The notes below the pieces were generated by a model. It worked only from the letters and a program-made list of their open reading frames with translations, was not told where the DNA came from and did no database searches. The position numbers and the translations under genes were made by a program. DNA of 32,346 nt from Callorhinchus milii. Its lineage: Eukaryota. How positions within the stretch are numbered: position 1 is the stretch's first letter; the number at the start of each line of letters is the position of its first letter. This document shows positions 9,867 through 21,768 of the stretch, one piece after another. The stretch spans positions 1 through 32,346 of the forward strand of contig NW_024705600.1 in assembly GCF_018977255.1 (NCBI RefSeq), read 5' to 3'.

Positions 9867-12486
9867 ATGGATTACGGGATACTGGGAGCTCGTATTAAAA
9901 CGTACCGACCGATCTGTTACAAAGCAGTACAGTCAGAGAGACATATGGGAAGGGAGCTGTATCGATAACACGAACACACCCGAGGGAAACTAATTGACTG
10001 GATAAAATGTAACGAAGGCGAACACGATGTAAAAACTGCAGGAAAGGCAGGACAGGACTCATCCTTTCACACAGGCATACAGACAGGGATTGTGGAATGA
10101 GGAAAAATTTGGAAAGGAAACGGGAGAGAAATCGTCTCTAATAAACGAGGAGAAATGTCCTCACACCCTCGAGAGGGAGGAGAAATCAGTGCTCGCGACA
10201 CCAGCGAAACTCACAGACGTTGATCCACAGAATAAATATGGAAGTAACATTAAATCACACTCTTGGGTACGTGGACAGAGTCCAGGGACTGATCGCACAA
10301 AAGTTAAAGTAAAGTCGCCAGGACATACTTCACTAAGGGCAGAGGCAAAAACTGAAGGGAAATGGCAACACGAGCGACACAGCCCAGAGCGCACACACAA
10401 AAAATGCACGCCGCTAAAACACGCCCGACACAGCACAGATCAAAGTGACAGATTGCCTGATGATAACTTGTTTGATGATGACGCTGACGGCGATCAACTT
10501 TCGGAATACCTATTCAACAGTAAAACCCTTAAATTGATGGACAAAGCTCTAGTCAGAATTCCCGATTTTGACCCACACAATCAGACCATGGATATACACA
10601 CACATATCGCAACAGTAGAAGAGGCAATGATTAGAGGGCTGAGGAGACGGGATGAAAAAGCGAGTTTGTTGAAACGGAGCTTACATAGAGAATCTATACC
10701 ATGGGTAAAGTCGCTACCATACCAGGTTAGAAATGATTTTAAACAACTGAGCCTGGCAGTGATTCGGAAGTTTGGAGAATATTCGACACTCACTGAGGGG
10801 TTTTATGCGGTAAAATCGATGACCCAGGGCATGGACCAAGACCCACGTGACTACCTTTTACAATTTAAAAGAGCGTATTACGCAGGCGATGTGAATCGAT
10901 ACCACAAAGGAGATAACATGTTCAAAATTATGTTTTTTGAATCCTTGAGCCCAGAGATTACAGAAAGGGTGAGAATGGTTTTGAATCCGGAAACCGCATC
11001 CTTACGCCGCATAGAGAGCAAGGCGTACATGGCATGGTTATACAGAGCTAAGAATCATAATTCGGATCCAGAACACAGGGAGAGGGATAAGGAACCCAGC
11101 CTCTCAGAGAGAAATAAAAATCACCGAGCAGTCCCACAATGCAGGGAGGAGCAACACGCACGCACCTATGGCAAAATAAACCAGAGAGAGGTTGGCACGA
11201 GAATGAGAGCGGCACAAAGCCGAACATTCAGGAGAATCGCAGAATGTGGAGACCAAGGGCAGAATCATATCAACACCCCATGCCACGACATACGCAAGGT
11301 CAAAGTTACACACAAAGATGGCGAGATAACCATCTAGCGGGAAGGTGGTACACAGACTGCGGAGGTACGGAGGCAAAAATGTACGAGAATCGCAGGATGG
11401 GGAGACCAAGGGCAGAACCATATCAACAACCCATGCCACGACATACGCAAGGTCAAAATTACACACAAAGATGGCGAGATAACCATCTAGCGGGAAAGTG
11501 GTACATAGACTGCGGAGGTACGGAGGCGAACATTCAGGGGAATCGCAGGATGGGAGGTCAAACACAATCGGTCCAATTCCGACCAATTTCTCCACCGGCT
11601 ATACCAGGAAGGAATAGAGGAATAACACAGAATGCGGTCCAAATACATGATGAACCACCCACAGTGAGTGAGAGCGAGCGGCCCACACGCGCCCCACCCG
11701 CCGAGGTTTTGTTAAACCCTGAGCTCAATGGGAAATGCAAGCAGGCTGCAAGTGACAGGGCGGACAAATACCACCACGATCGGGAGACGTTAAATGCATA
11801 CGATGCGGTAAGAAACGCGGACAGTGCTCCCGTAAATGACGCGCAGATCGAATACAAGGACAGGGCTGAATTGAAGTGTGATCGGACAGTAGATAACAGA
11901 CAGCAGAGACAAAGAGGAAAACCAGAGCGCACAGGAAAAAACAGTACCACACGTCGCAGGAGCGCGCGATGGTGGTGCAGAGAGAGAGAACACAGAGACA
12001 CGCCCTGAGGAGTGCAGGCGTGAGCCTTTGAATGAAAAATATCCAAGGGAAACCAAAATTAAGGTGGATCGGAGTGCTAAAATGGAGATGAATGTTCATG
12101 ACATATCGGGAATGGTGTTGGAATCTAACACACTCGTAAAAACAAAGAGGGCAACATTACGAGGCACAGAATTAAATGGACACGCTGACTCGGTAAATGT
12201 GGATGTAATCGCAGAGAGTGCGAGAGCCACGAACAAAGTGTCAAAGTTGGTTGTGTGCGCGAGTTCTGGTTATGTGCAACCCAATGTCACACCACACACT
12301 CCCATGACGCGAGAGAGTGAGAGGGGAAATTACAAAAACGAACCGGAAAACCGTGATCGAATGATCAAAGTGATAAGTGGTAAACCAGACACTCGGAGCT
12401 TGGAAAAATTATGGCGACGAGGTAACATGAGGAAGGTAACGCATACATGCGTTCGAAACCGCTACCTAGCGTTTCCCAGGATTTAA
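9867..12486 (+). pseudogene. Gag-like ORF, copy 1 (frameshifted; capsid domain intact within ORF 10090-11337)
   Basis: Capsid-like block IPDFDP...WVKSLP...KFG...QGMDQDPRDYLLQFKRAYY...FFESL (MHR-like). Versus copy 2: 2-nt loss ~10062, 1-nt deletion ~11152, 1-nt insertion ~11941. In-frame TAA at 9966-9968. Confidence 0.8.
11222..11552 (+). repeat. 153-bp (51-aa) coding tandem repeat in the Gag tail, ~2.2 copies
   Basis: Unit ENRRMWRPRAESYQHPMPRHTQGQSYTQRWRDNHLAGRWYTDCGGTEA...; period read from the sequence. Confidence 0.85.
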
Positions 12487-12552
12487 CAAAAACTAAAAAA
12501 TGTATATCCGCCGTAGTTGTGATGGATGAGAATCGATGTAACTTGTGGTATT

Positions 12553-12846
12553 GATGTTTAACGTTTTGTTGTATTTTCCTTGCTTATATCAAATGTAACC
12601 ATGTGAAGATTGATACGTACGCGCGCACATTGTAAGGAATGCGTTATGGATTAGTACCGATGTTTAAAGTTTTGTTTTATTTTCTTTGCTTATTTTAAAT
12701 GTAACCATGTTAAGATTGTGATACGTACGCGCGCACGTTGTAAGGAATGCGTTATGGATTAGTACCGATGTTTAACGTTTTGTTTTATTTTCTTTGCTTA
12801 TTTCAAATGTAACCATGTTAAGATTGTGATACGTACGCGCGCGTTG
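12553..12846 (+). repeat. 106-108 bp tandem repeat (~2.7 copies) in the 3' untranslated internal region
   Basis: gatgtttaa..gtaaccatg..gatacgtacgcgcgc..ggattagtacc starts at 12553, 12659 and 12767. Same array at 18671-18964. Confidence 0.85.
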
Positions 12847-12956
12847 TGAGAAATAACCGCCGAGAGTGAGGGCGGCTGATGGATTTATAACGAAAAAAAA
12901 GGACATTTACTTGTTTAAAAAGACGCCAGTGGCCGAATCAACCACTGATAATTTTC

Positions 12957-12967
12957 AAAAGGGCGGA
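12957..12967 (+). promoter_or_regulatory. Polypurine tract
   Basis: AAAAGGGCGGA, one nt upstream of LTR2. Identical at 19075-19085 before LTR3; absent before LTR1. Confidence 0.75.
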
Positions 12968-12968
12968 T

Positions 12969-15595
12969 TGTTGTGTCTATACCCTTTTTTTATTAAGAAC
13001 AATTCAAAAAAAAAATTATATATTTTTTTTTATATATCTATATATTTTTTTAAATTAAATAATGAAAACAACCCACTTCTCCACCGGCTATACCAGGAAT
13101 CTATGAAACATAAAGGACCATTAGGCCGGTGGGAGTTCGGTCACAGAGAGGTCAGAGACATCCAGATGGACAAAAAGATCGATGGACTGACCTCCCAAGA
13201 CATCTTGAGATGCACGGAGGGGGTGCAGAGCAGAGAAAAACAACTTTTGCAACTCGCGTTTTCCTTAAACTTTTCCGTACCGAAAAGTAGAAACTTAACA
13301 AAAAGAATTAACCAACAAACAATAGGGCTTTTAATTAGTAATTCCCTTGTATTACTCGTATTCACCATATATATTATTTTGTATTGTATGTTTCTATCTA
13401 CCTGACCAAAAAATAATAATAATACGAATTCCAACAGTTAAGGAAGCGTAAGTGGAAACTTAGTTGCACTTAACCTCAGGACATTAAAAGAAATATCAAG
13501 AATAAATGTAACACACAAGACCACATAAATGTATTGCATACATCTCCTCGACCACCTTTGTCTTCCAGCGGGGTCTGGCAAGCAAGGAGGGAGCAAAAAG
13601 GTCACAGGGGGGAGTCGGTGCCTGACATTCCAAAGACATCTGTTTTTTTTGTTTGTTTTCTCTCGCAAGGGATGCGCAGAGAGGGGAGTCACGTTTTGAG
13701 TTAAGCACAAGCGCACATAGCGAATGAGCAGTCTGTCCGAGTCGCGCTCAGTCTCGCAACTCGGCTTGCGACGCGGCGTTGCGACGGGGCTCGCAAGGGA
13801 GCTGGGCGCATCGTGCCTCGAGGAGAGATGGGACGACGAGGGTCGTTATGGTGACAGCCTGAGTGCAGTCTGTCCGAGTCGCGCTCAGTCTTGCAACTCG
13901 GCGTGCGACGCGGCGTTGCGACGGGGCTCGCAAGGGAGCTGGGGCGCGTCGTGCCTCGAGAAGTGATGGAACGAGGAGGGGTCGTTCGAGTCGCAGAAGT
14001 CTGAGTTCAACCTGGGTCGAGGCTGGGTTTCAGCCGTGCTCCGGCTGGCGGAGCGTCGTGAGGGAGCAAACACCGATGCCGATAGCAGGTGTCGCTTCTC
14101 GCAGAACGAAGTTAAGTGCGAGTGAAGCTGGCAGTTGCACGAACAAGGGAAGCACGGAGAAGAGAGAGTGACGAGTGACGACAAGCAATCAACCTGTAAA
14201 AGGGCGGAAATCGCCGAGCGTCGACCAAGCGAGCAAAGCAGAGAGCGCGAAGCAGTGGAGAAAGCCTGATCAACGGCTGTGAGGAAGAGGACAGCGCCAA
14301 CGCATGCGCCGTGTGTTTGAGGCACACACCGACCAACGACCAGTGAGAACAGACCAGACGTCCAGAGCGACGGCGAGCATCGTGCCGACTCAACAATCAA
14401 TCGAGCAGTGGAGAAGCCGGGGGCTGCCACCAAGAGAGAGAAAGCGCCATCGAATGCGCAGTGTGTTTGATACTCAGACCGACCAACACCCAGTGAGCAC
14501 AGCCGCGTCGTCCAGAGCCACAAGCCAACACAGCCTGAAGCAAGGGCGAGTGTCCGTGTGAAGTTGGCAGCGATCAAGGAGAGAGCGACAGCAGCAGCAC
14601 GACCCGGGCGTCACCGAGCGTCGTGCCAACTCGTCATCTAGCAGTAGAGGGAGAGAGAGCGCAAGAGCAGCACGACTCGGACGTCACCGAGCGTCGTGCC
14701 GACTCGTGGAGGAGCTGCGCGCTATCCGACGACGGAATCATCGCGCACCACGACGGCGAGCATCGTGCAAACTCAATCGAGCAGTGGAGAGAGAGAGAGC
14801 GCACAAGCAGAGACACGCCCGAGCGAGGGAGCAGCACGGCTCGCTGCGGCCACGCCCAACCCAGAGAGAACCTCTGGCCGCTGTTTGTATCCTCCCACAC
14901 CACACAAGCTAACGACACAACTCCCGGCTCTAAGAATTAATTAATTTTACAAGGGGACAACGCACACACAGCACGCACACGAATAAGACTTTAAAAAAAT
15001 TATCTTTGCGTTTCAAAAAGGGTTGCCATTTCGAGGTGGTGCGTTCAATATCAACTGATCGTGCAAAGCAGTTGCTGCCGTCGAGTTACATGAATAAGAA
15101 ATGTTTTAGTCATTCATTTTCGTTAATTGCATAATCTTGCCCATGAATTTATTGACGTATACTTGCTTTTGCATACTAGAGTGTCATGTGTTTGTTTAGA
15201 ATTAAAATTGCTTAACACCAAGTCTCGAGTGCTTCTTTCCAAGTCCATGCAAAACTGTCTTATTCATAAGAGCTGTTACCTGCGATGAGATATGAAAATG
15301 GAGACCTAATATAACATAACACACACTAAGATAATCGATAAATGTTTAATCAAAGATAATCGTGTTATCCTGATTGATACAACTCTGGATAAACGAAACT
15401 AAGCTTAATTATCATAACTGCACACATTAACATAATCGCAAGCATCCGCATAAATTACTACGATTATCTCCGTGGTTATCATAATTTATGCATATAATTA
15501 CACACACTAACATAATTTATGCGATTTGCGCATTTTTCGGAAATTATTTATATTTATTATTTTTATCAAAATTTCATAATCCAACACATATAACA
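12969..15595 (+). mobile_element. LTR 2 (2627 bp), shared between the two internal units
   Basis: Preceded by a PPT and followed by a PBS; TGTTG...AACA termini. Confidence 0.9.
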
Positions 15596-15598
15596 TAA

Positions 15599-15618
15599 TG
15601 GGTGGCGTCGTCCGGGAT
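15599..15618 (+). promoter_or_regulatory. Primer-binding site, degenerate tRNA-Pro type (copy 2)
   Basis: TGGGTGGCGTCGTCCGGGAT after LTR2 + TAA. Confidence 0.7.
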
Positions 15619-16567
15619 CTCTCGCAGACAGTGTTTTGCATGGATGAAGGAATGAATCACTACGTGTTAACTAGAATATCGTGATCGAACATTGCATGGT
15701 GATTGTAAACGGGCGTAAACCAAAAAAAAAACGCCCTCTGAGGTTAAAACCCAGAATAGCAGGTTGAAACAAAGACAGTGGAATTAAGATAATATCGTAT
15801 CGAACCGATTGCATCCTGTGATAAATGGTGTTAGAGGTACGCACTCTGAATCGGAAAATAACAGAATAGCTCGAGTCAAACTGACTACACTCTGTGAGAT
15901 AATTGTTTTATATGCACTCTGAAAGGAAATGTCAAAGTAACTCCTGCCATACTTGAGATGCTAGGATTAAGAATAATTTTGAATGGATTACGGGATACTG
16001 GGAGCTCGTATTAAAACGTACCGACCGATCTGTTACAAAGCAGTACAGTCAGAGAGACATATGGGAAGGGAGCTGTATCGATAACACGAACACACCCGAG
16101 GGAAACTAATTGACTGGATAAAATGTAACGAAGGCGAACACGATGTAAAAACTGCAGGAAAGGCAGGACAGGACTCATTCCTTTTCACACAGGCATACAG
16201 ACAGGGATTGTGGAATGAGGAAAATTTGGAAAGGAAACGGGAGAGAAATCGTCTCTAATAAACGAGGAGAAATGTCCTCACACCCTCGAGAGGGAGGAGA
16301 AATCAGTGCTCGCGACACCAGCGAAACTCACAGACGTTGATCCACAGAATAAATATGGAAGTAACATTAAATCACACTCTTGGGTACGTGGACAGAGTCC
16401 AGGGACTGATCGCACAAAAGTTAAAGTAAAGTCGCCAGGAGATACTTCACTAAGGGCAGAGGCAAAAACTGAAGGGAAATGGCAACACGAGCGACACAGC
16501 CTAGAGCGCTCACAAAAAATGCACGCCGCTAAAACACGCCCGACACAGCACAGATCAAAGTGACAGA

Positions 16568-18604
16568 TTGCCTGATGATAACTTGTTTGATGATGACGCT
16601 GACGGCGATCAACTTTCGGAATACCTATTCAACAGTAAAACCCTTAAATTGATGGACAAAGCTCTAGTCAGAATTCCCGATTTTGACCCACACAATCAGA
16701 CCATGGATATACACACACATATCGCAACAGTAGAAGAGGAGGCAATGATTAGAGGGCTGATGAGACGGGATGAAAAAGCGAGTTTGTTGAAACGGAGCTT
16801 ACATAGAGAATCTATACCATGGGTAAAGTCGCTACCATACCAGGTTAGAAATTATTTTAAACAACTGAGCCTGGCAGTGATTTGGAAGTTTGGAGAATAT
16901 TCGACACTCACTGAGAGGTTTTATGCGGTAAAATCGATGACCCAGGGCATGGACCAAGACCCACGTGACTACCTTTTACAATTTAAAAGAGCGTATTACG
17001 CAGGCGATGTGAATCGATACCACGAAGGAGATAACATGTTCAAAATTATGTTTTTTGAATCCTTGAGCCCAGAGATTACAGAAAGGGTGAGAATGGTTTT
17101 GAATCCGGAAACCGCATCCTTACGCCGCATAGAGAGCAAGGCGTACATGGCATGGTTATACAGAGCTAAGAATCATAATTCGGATCCAAAACACAGGGAG
17201 AGGGATAAGGAACCCAGCCTCTCAGAGAGAAATAAAAATCACCGAGCAGTCCCACAATGCAGGGAGGAGCCAACACGCACGCACCTATGGCAAAATAAAC
17301 CAGAGAGAGGTTGGCACGAGAATGAGAGCGGCACAAAGCCGAACATTCAGGAGAATTGCAGAATGTGGAGACCAAGGGCAGAACCATATCAACACCCCAT
17401 GCCACGACACACGCAAGGCCAAAGTTACACACAAAGATGGCGAGATAACCATCTAGCGGGAAGGTGGTACACAGACTGCGGAGGTACGGAGGCGAACATT
17501 CAGGAGAATCGCAGAATGTGGAGACCAAGGGCAGAATCATATCAGCAACCCATGCCCCGACATACGCAAGGTCAAAATTACACACAAAGATGGCGAGATA
17601 ACCATCTAGCGGGAAAGTGGTACATAGACTGCGGAGGTACGGAGGCGAACATTCAGGGGAATCGCAGGATGGGAGGTCAAACACAATCGGTCCAATTCCG
17701 ACCAATTTCTCCACCGGCTATACCAGGAAGGAATAGAGGAATAACACAGAATGCGGTCCAAATACGTGATGAACCACCCACAGTGAGTGAGAGCGAGCGG
17801 CCCACACGCGCCCCACCCGCCGAGGTTTTGTTAAACCCTGAGCTCAATGGGAAATGCAAGCAGGCTGCAAGTGACAGGGCGGACAAATACCACCACGATC
17901 GGGAGACGTTAAATGCATACGATGCGGTAAGAAACGCGGACAGTGCTCCCGTAAATGACGCGCAGATCGAATACAAGGACAGGGCTGAATTGAAGTGTGA
18001 TCGGACAGTAGATAACAGACAGCAGAGACAAAGAGGAAAACCAGAGCGCACAGGAAAAACAGTACCACACGTCGCAGGAGCGCGCGATGGTGGTGCAGAG
18101 AGAGAGAACACAGAGACACGCCCTGAGGAGTGCAGGCGTGAGCCTTTGAATGAAAAATATCCAAGGGAAACCAAAATTAAGGTGGATCGGAGTGCTAAAA
18201 TGGAGATGAATGTTCATGACATATCGGGAATGGTGTTGGAATCTAACACACTCGTAAAAACAAAGAGGGCAACATTACGAGGCACAGAATTAAATGGACA
18301 CGCTGACTCGGTAAATGTGGATGTAATCGCAGAGAGTGCGAGAGCCACGAACAAAGTGTCAAAGTTGGTTGTGTGCGCGAGTTCTGGTTATGTGCAACCC
18401 AATTTCACACCACACACTCCCACGACGCGAGAGAGTGAGAGGGGAAATTACAAAAACGAACCGGAAAACCGTGATCGAATGATCAAAGTGATAAGTGGTA
18501 AACCAGACACTCGGAGCTTGGAAAAATTATGGCGACGAGGTAACATGAGGAAGGTAACGCATACATGCGTTCGAAACCGCTACCTAGCGTTTCCCAGGAT
18601 TTAA
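16568..18604 (+). CDS. Gag-like protein, copy 2 (678-codon open frame; first ATG at 16652, at the start of the capsid-like domain)
   Basis: Capsid/MHR-like region followed by 51-aa repeats and a charged tail; no CCHC knuckle, protease DxG or RT YxDD seen. The upstream part (from ATG 15983) is broken by TAA 16082 and indels at ~16222 and ~16510. Confidence 0.8.
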   Translation: MPDDNLFDDDADGDQLSEYLFNSKTLKLMDKALVRIPDFDPHNQTMDIHTHIATVEEEAMIRGLMRRDEKASLLKRSLHRESIPWVKSLPYQVRNYFKQLSLAVIWKFGEYSTLTERFYAVKSMTQGMDQDPRDYLLQFKRAYYAGDVNRYHEGDNMFKIMFFESLSPEITERVRMVLNPETASLRRIESKAYMAWLYRAKNHNSDPKHRERDKEPSLSERNKNHRAVPQCREEPTRTHLWQNKPERGWHENESGTKPNIQENCRMWRPRAEPYQHPMPRHTQGQSYTQRWRDNHLAGRWYTDCGGTEANIQENRRMWRPRAESYQQPMPRHTQGQNYTQRWRDNHLAGKWYIDCGGTEANIQGNRRMGGQTQSVQFRPISPPAIPGRNRGITQNAVQIRDEPPTVSESERPTRAPPAEVLLNPELNGKCKQAASDRADKYHHDRETLNAYDAVRNADSAPVNDAQIEYKDRAELKCDRTVDNRQQRQRGKPERTGKTVPHVAGARDGGAERENTETRPEECRREPLNEKYPRETKIKVDRSAKMEMNVHDISGMVLESNTLVKTKRATLRGTELNGHADSVNVDVIAESARATNKVSKLVVCASSGYVQPNFTPHTPTTRESERGNYKNEPENRDRMIKVISGKPDTRSLEKLWRRGNMRKVTHTCVRNRYLAFPRI

Positions 18605-19086
18605 CAAAAACTAAAAAATGTATATCCGCCGTAGTTGTGATGGATGAGAATCGATGTAACTTGTGGTATTGATGTTTAACGTTTTGTTGTATTTTCCTTG
18701 CTTATATCAAATGTAACCATGTGAAGATTGATACGTACGCGCGCACATTGTAAGGAATGCGTTATGGATTAGTACCGATGTTTAAAGTTTTGTTTTATTT
18801 TCTTTGCTTATTTTAAATGTAACCATGTTAAGATTGTGATACGTACGCGCGCACGTTGTAAGGAATGCGTTATGGATTAGTACCGATGTTTAACGTTTTG
18901 TTTTATTTTCTTTGCTTATTTCAAATGTAACCATGTTAAGATTGTGATACGTACGCGCGCGTTGTGAGAAATAACCGCCGAGAGTGAGGGCGGCTGATGG
19001 ATTTATAACGAAAAAAAAGGACATTTACTTGTTTAAAAAGACGCCAGTGGCCGAATCAACCACTGATAATTTTCAAAAGGGCGGAT

Positions 19087-21716
19087 TGTTGTGTCTATAC
19101 CCTTTTTTTATTAAGAACAATTCAAAAAATAAAATTATATATATTTTTTAATATATCTATATATTTTTTTAAATTAAATAATGAAAACAACCCACTTCTC
19201 CACCGGCTATACCAGGAATCTATGAAACATAAAGGACCATTAGGCGGTGGGAGTTCGGTCACAGAGAGGTCAGAGACATCCAGATGGACAAAAAGATCGA
19301 TGGACTAACCTCCAAGACATCTTGAGATGCACGGAGGGGGTGCAGAGCAGAGAAAAACAACTTTTGCAACTCGCGTTTTCCTTAACGTTTTCCGTACCGA
19401 AAAGTAGAAACTTAACAAAAAGAATTAACCAACAAACAATAGGGGCTTTTAATCAGTAATTCCCTTGTATTACTCGTATTCACCATATATATTATTTTGT
19501 ATTGTATGTTTCTATCTACCTGACCAAAAAAAATAATAATAATTACGAATTCCAACAGTTAAGGAAGCGTAAGTGGAAACTTAGTTGCACTTAACCTCAG
19601 GACATTAAAAGAAATATCAAGAATAAATGTAACACACAAGACCACATAAGGTATTGCATACATCTCCTCGACCACCTTTGTCTTCCAGCGGGGTCTGGCA
19701 AGCAAGGAGGGAGCAAAAAGGTCACAGAGGGGAGTCGGTGCCTGACATTCCAAAGACATCTTGTTTTTTTTGTTTGTTTTCTCTCGCAAGGGATGCGCAG
19801 AGAGGGGAGTCACGTTTTGAGTTAAGCACAAGCGCACATAGCGAATGAGCAGTCTGTCCGAGTCACGCTCAGTCTCGCAACTCGGCTTGCGACGCGGCGT
19901 TGCGACGGGGCTCGCAAGGGAGCTGAGGCGCGTCGTGCCTCGAGGAGAGATGGGACGACGAGGGTCGTTATGGTAACAGCCTGAGTGCAGTCTGTCCAAG
20001 TCGGGCTCAGTCTTGCAACTCGGCGTGCGACGCGGCGTTGCGACGGGGCTCGCAAGGGAGCTGGGGCGCGTCGTGCCTCGAGAAGTGATGGAACGAGGAG
20101 GGGTCGTTCGAGTCGCAGAAGCCTGAGTTCAACCTGGGTCGAGGCTGGGTTTCAGCCGTGCTCCGGCTGGCGGAGCGTCGTGAGGGAGCAAACACCGATG
20201 CCGATAGCAGGTGTCGCTTCTCGCAGAACGAAGTTAAGTGCGAGTGAAGCTGGCAGTTGCACGAACAAGGGAAGCACGGAGAAGAGAGAGTGACGAGTGA
20301 CGACAAGCAATCATCCTGTAAAAGGGCGGAAATCGCCGAGCGTCGACCAAGCGAGCAAAGCAGAGAGCGCGAAGCAGTGGAGAAAGCCTGATTAAACGGC
20401 TGTGAGGAAGAGGACAGCGCCAACGCATGCGCCGTGTGTTTGAGGCACACAACCGACCAACGACCAGTGAGAACAGACCAGACGTCCAGAGCGACGGCGA
20501 GCATCGTGCCGACTCAACAATCAATCGAGCAGTGGAGAAGCCGGGGGCTGCCACCAAGAGAGAGAAAGCGCCATCGAATGCGCAGTGTGTTTGATACTCA
20601 GACCGACCACACCCAGTGAGCACAGCCGCGTCGTCCAGAGCCACAAGCCAACACAGCCTGAAGCAAGGGCGAGTGTCCGTGTGAAGTTGGCAGCGATCAA
20701 GGAGAGAGCGACAGCTGCAGCACGACCCGGGCGTCACCGAGCGTCGTGCCAACTCGTCATCTAGCAGTAGAGGGAGAGAGAGCGCAAGAGCAGCACGACT
20801 CGGACGTCACCGAGCGTCGTGCCGACTCGTGGAGGAGCTGCGCGCTATCCGACGACAGAATCATCGCGCACCACGACGGCGAGCATCGTGCAAACTCAAT
20901 CGAGCAGTGGAGAGAGAGAGAGCGCACAAGCAGAGACACGCCCGAGCGAGGGAGCAGCACGGCTCGCTGCGGCCACGCCCAACCCAGAGAGAACCTCTGG
21001 CCGCTGTTTGTATCCTCCCACACCACACAAGCTAACGACACAACTCCCGGCTCTAAGAATTAATTAATTTTACAAGGGGACAACGCACACACAGCACGCA
21101 CACGAATAAGACTTTAAAAAAATTATCTTTGCGTTTCAAAAAGGGTTGCCATTTCGAGGTGGTGCGTTCAATATCAACTGATCGTGCAAAGCAGTTGCTG
21201 CCGTCGAGTTACATGAATAAGAAATGTTTTAGTCATTCATTTTCGTTAATTGCATAATCTTGCCCATGAATTTATTGACGTATACTTGCTTTTGCATACT
21301 AGAGTTATGTGTTTGTTTAGAATTAAAATTGCTTAACACCAAGTCTCGAGTGCTTCTTTCCAAGTCCATGCAAAACTGTCTTATTCATAAGAGCTGTTAC
21401 CTGCGATGAGATATGGAAATGGAGACCTAATATAACATAACACACACTAAGATAATCGATAAATGTTTAATCAATGATAATCGTGTTATCCTGATTGATA
21501 CAACTCTGGATAAACGAAACTAAGCTTAATTATCATAACTGCACACATTAACATAATCGCAAGCATCCGCATAAATTACTACGATTATCTCCGTGGTTAT
21601 CATAATTTATGCATATAATTACACACACTAACATAATTTATGCGATTTGCGCATTTTTTGGAAATAATTAATTTTTATTATTTTCATCAAAATTCCATAA
21701 CCCAACACATACAACA
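19087..21716 (+). mobile_element. LTR 3 (2630 bp)
   Basis: Preceded by a PPT; ends ...CATACAACA (6-bp inverted terminus TGTTGT/ACAACA); not followed by a PBS. Confidence 0.85.
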
Positions 21717-21768
21717 TAAATCCCCAATCTTCTAAATCCCAACCCATCTAAACTCCAACCCTCTAAAC

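Larger units (their letters stand above)
6723..21716 (+). mobile_element. Tandem Gag-only (non-autonomous) Ty3/Gypsy-type LTR retroelement array: LTR-int-LTR-int-LTR
   Basis: Three long direct repeats starting TGTTGTG and ending AACA, separated by two 3491-bp near-identical internal regions each with PBS, gag-like ORF and PPT. Period 6118 bp between LTR2 and LTR3. Confidence 0.9.

Noticed and set aside
12028..12486. Possible protease or pol remnant at the end of the Gag frame
   Set aside because: No D(T/S)G, YxDD, HHCC or DDE motif visible; a profile search would be needed to exclude a highly decayed remnant.
12553..12846. CRISPR-like periodicity in this and other tandem repeats
   Set aside because: No unique spacers, no cas genes, eukaryotic context.
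12866..13405. 179-aa ORF with a hydrophobic C-terminus crossing the PPT/LTR2 boundary (possible env or accessory gene)
   Set aside because: Starts at GTG, runs through A/T homopolymers, and is broken in the equivalent LTR1 and LTR3 regions.
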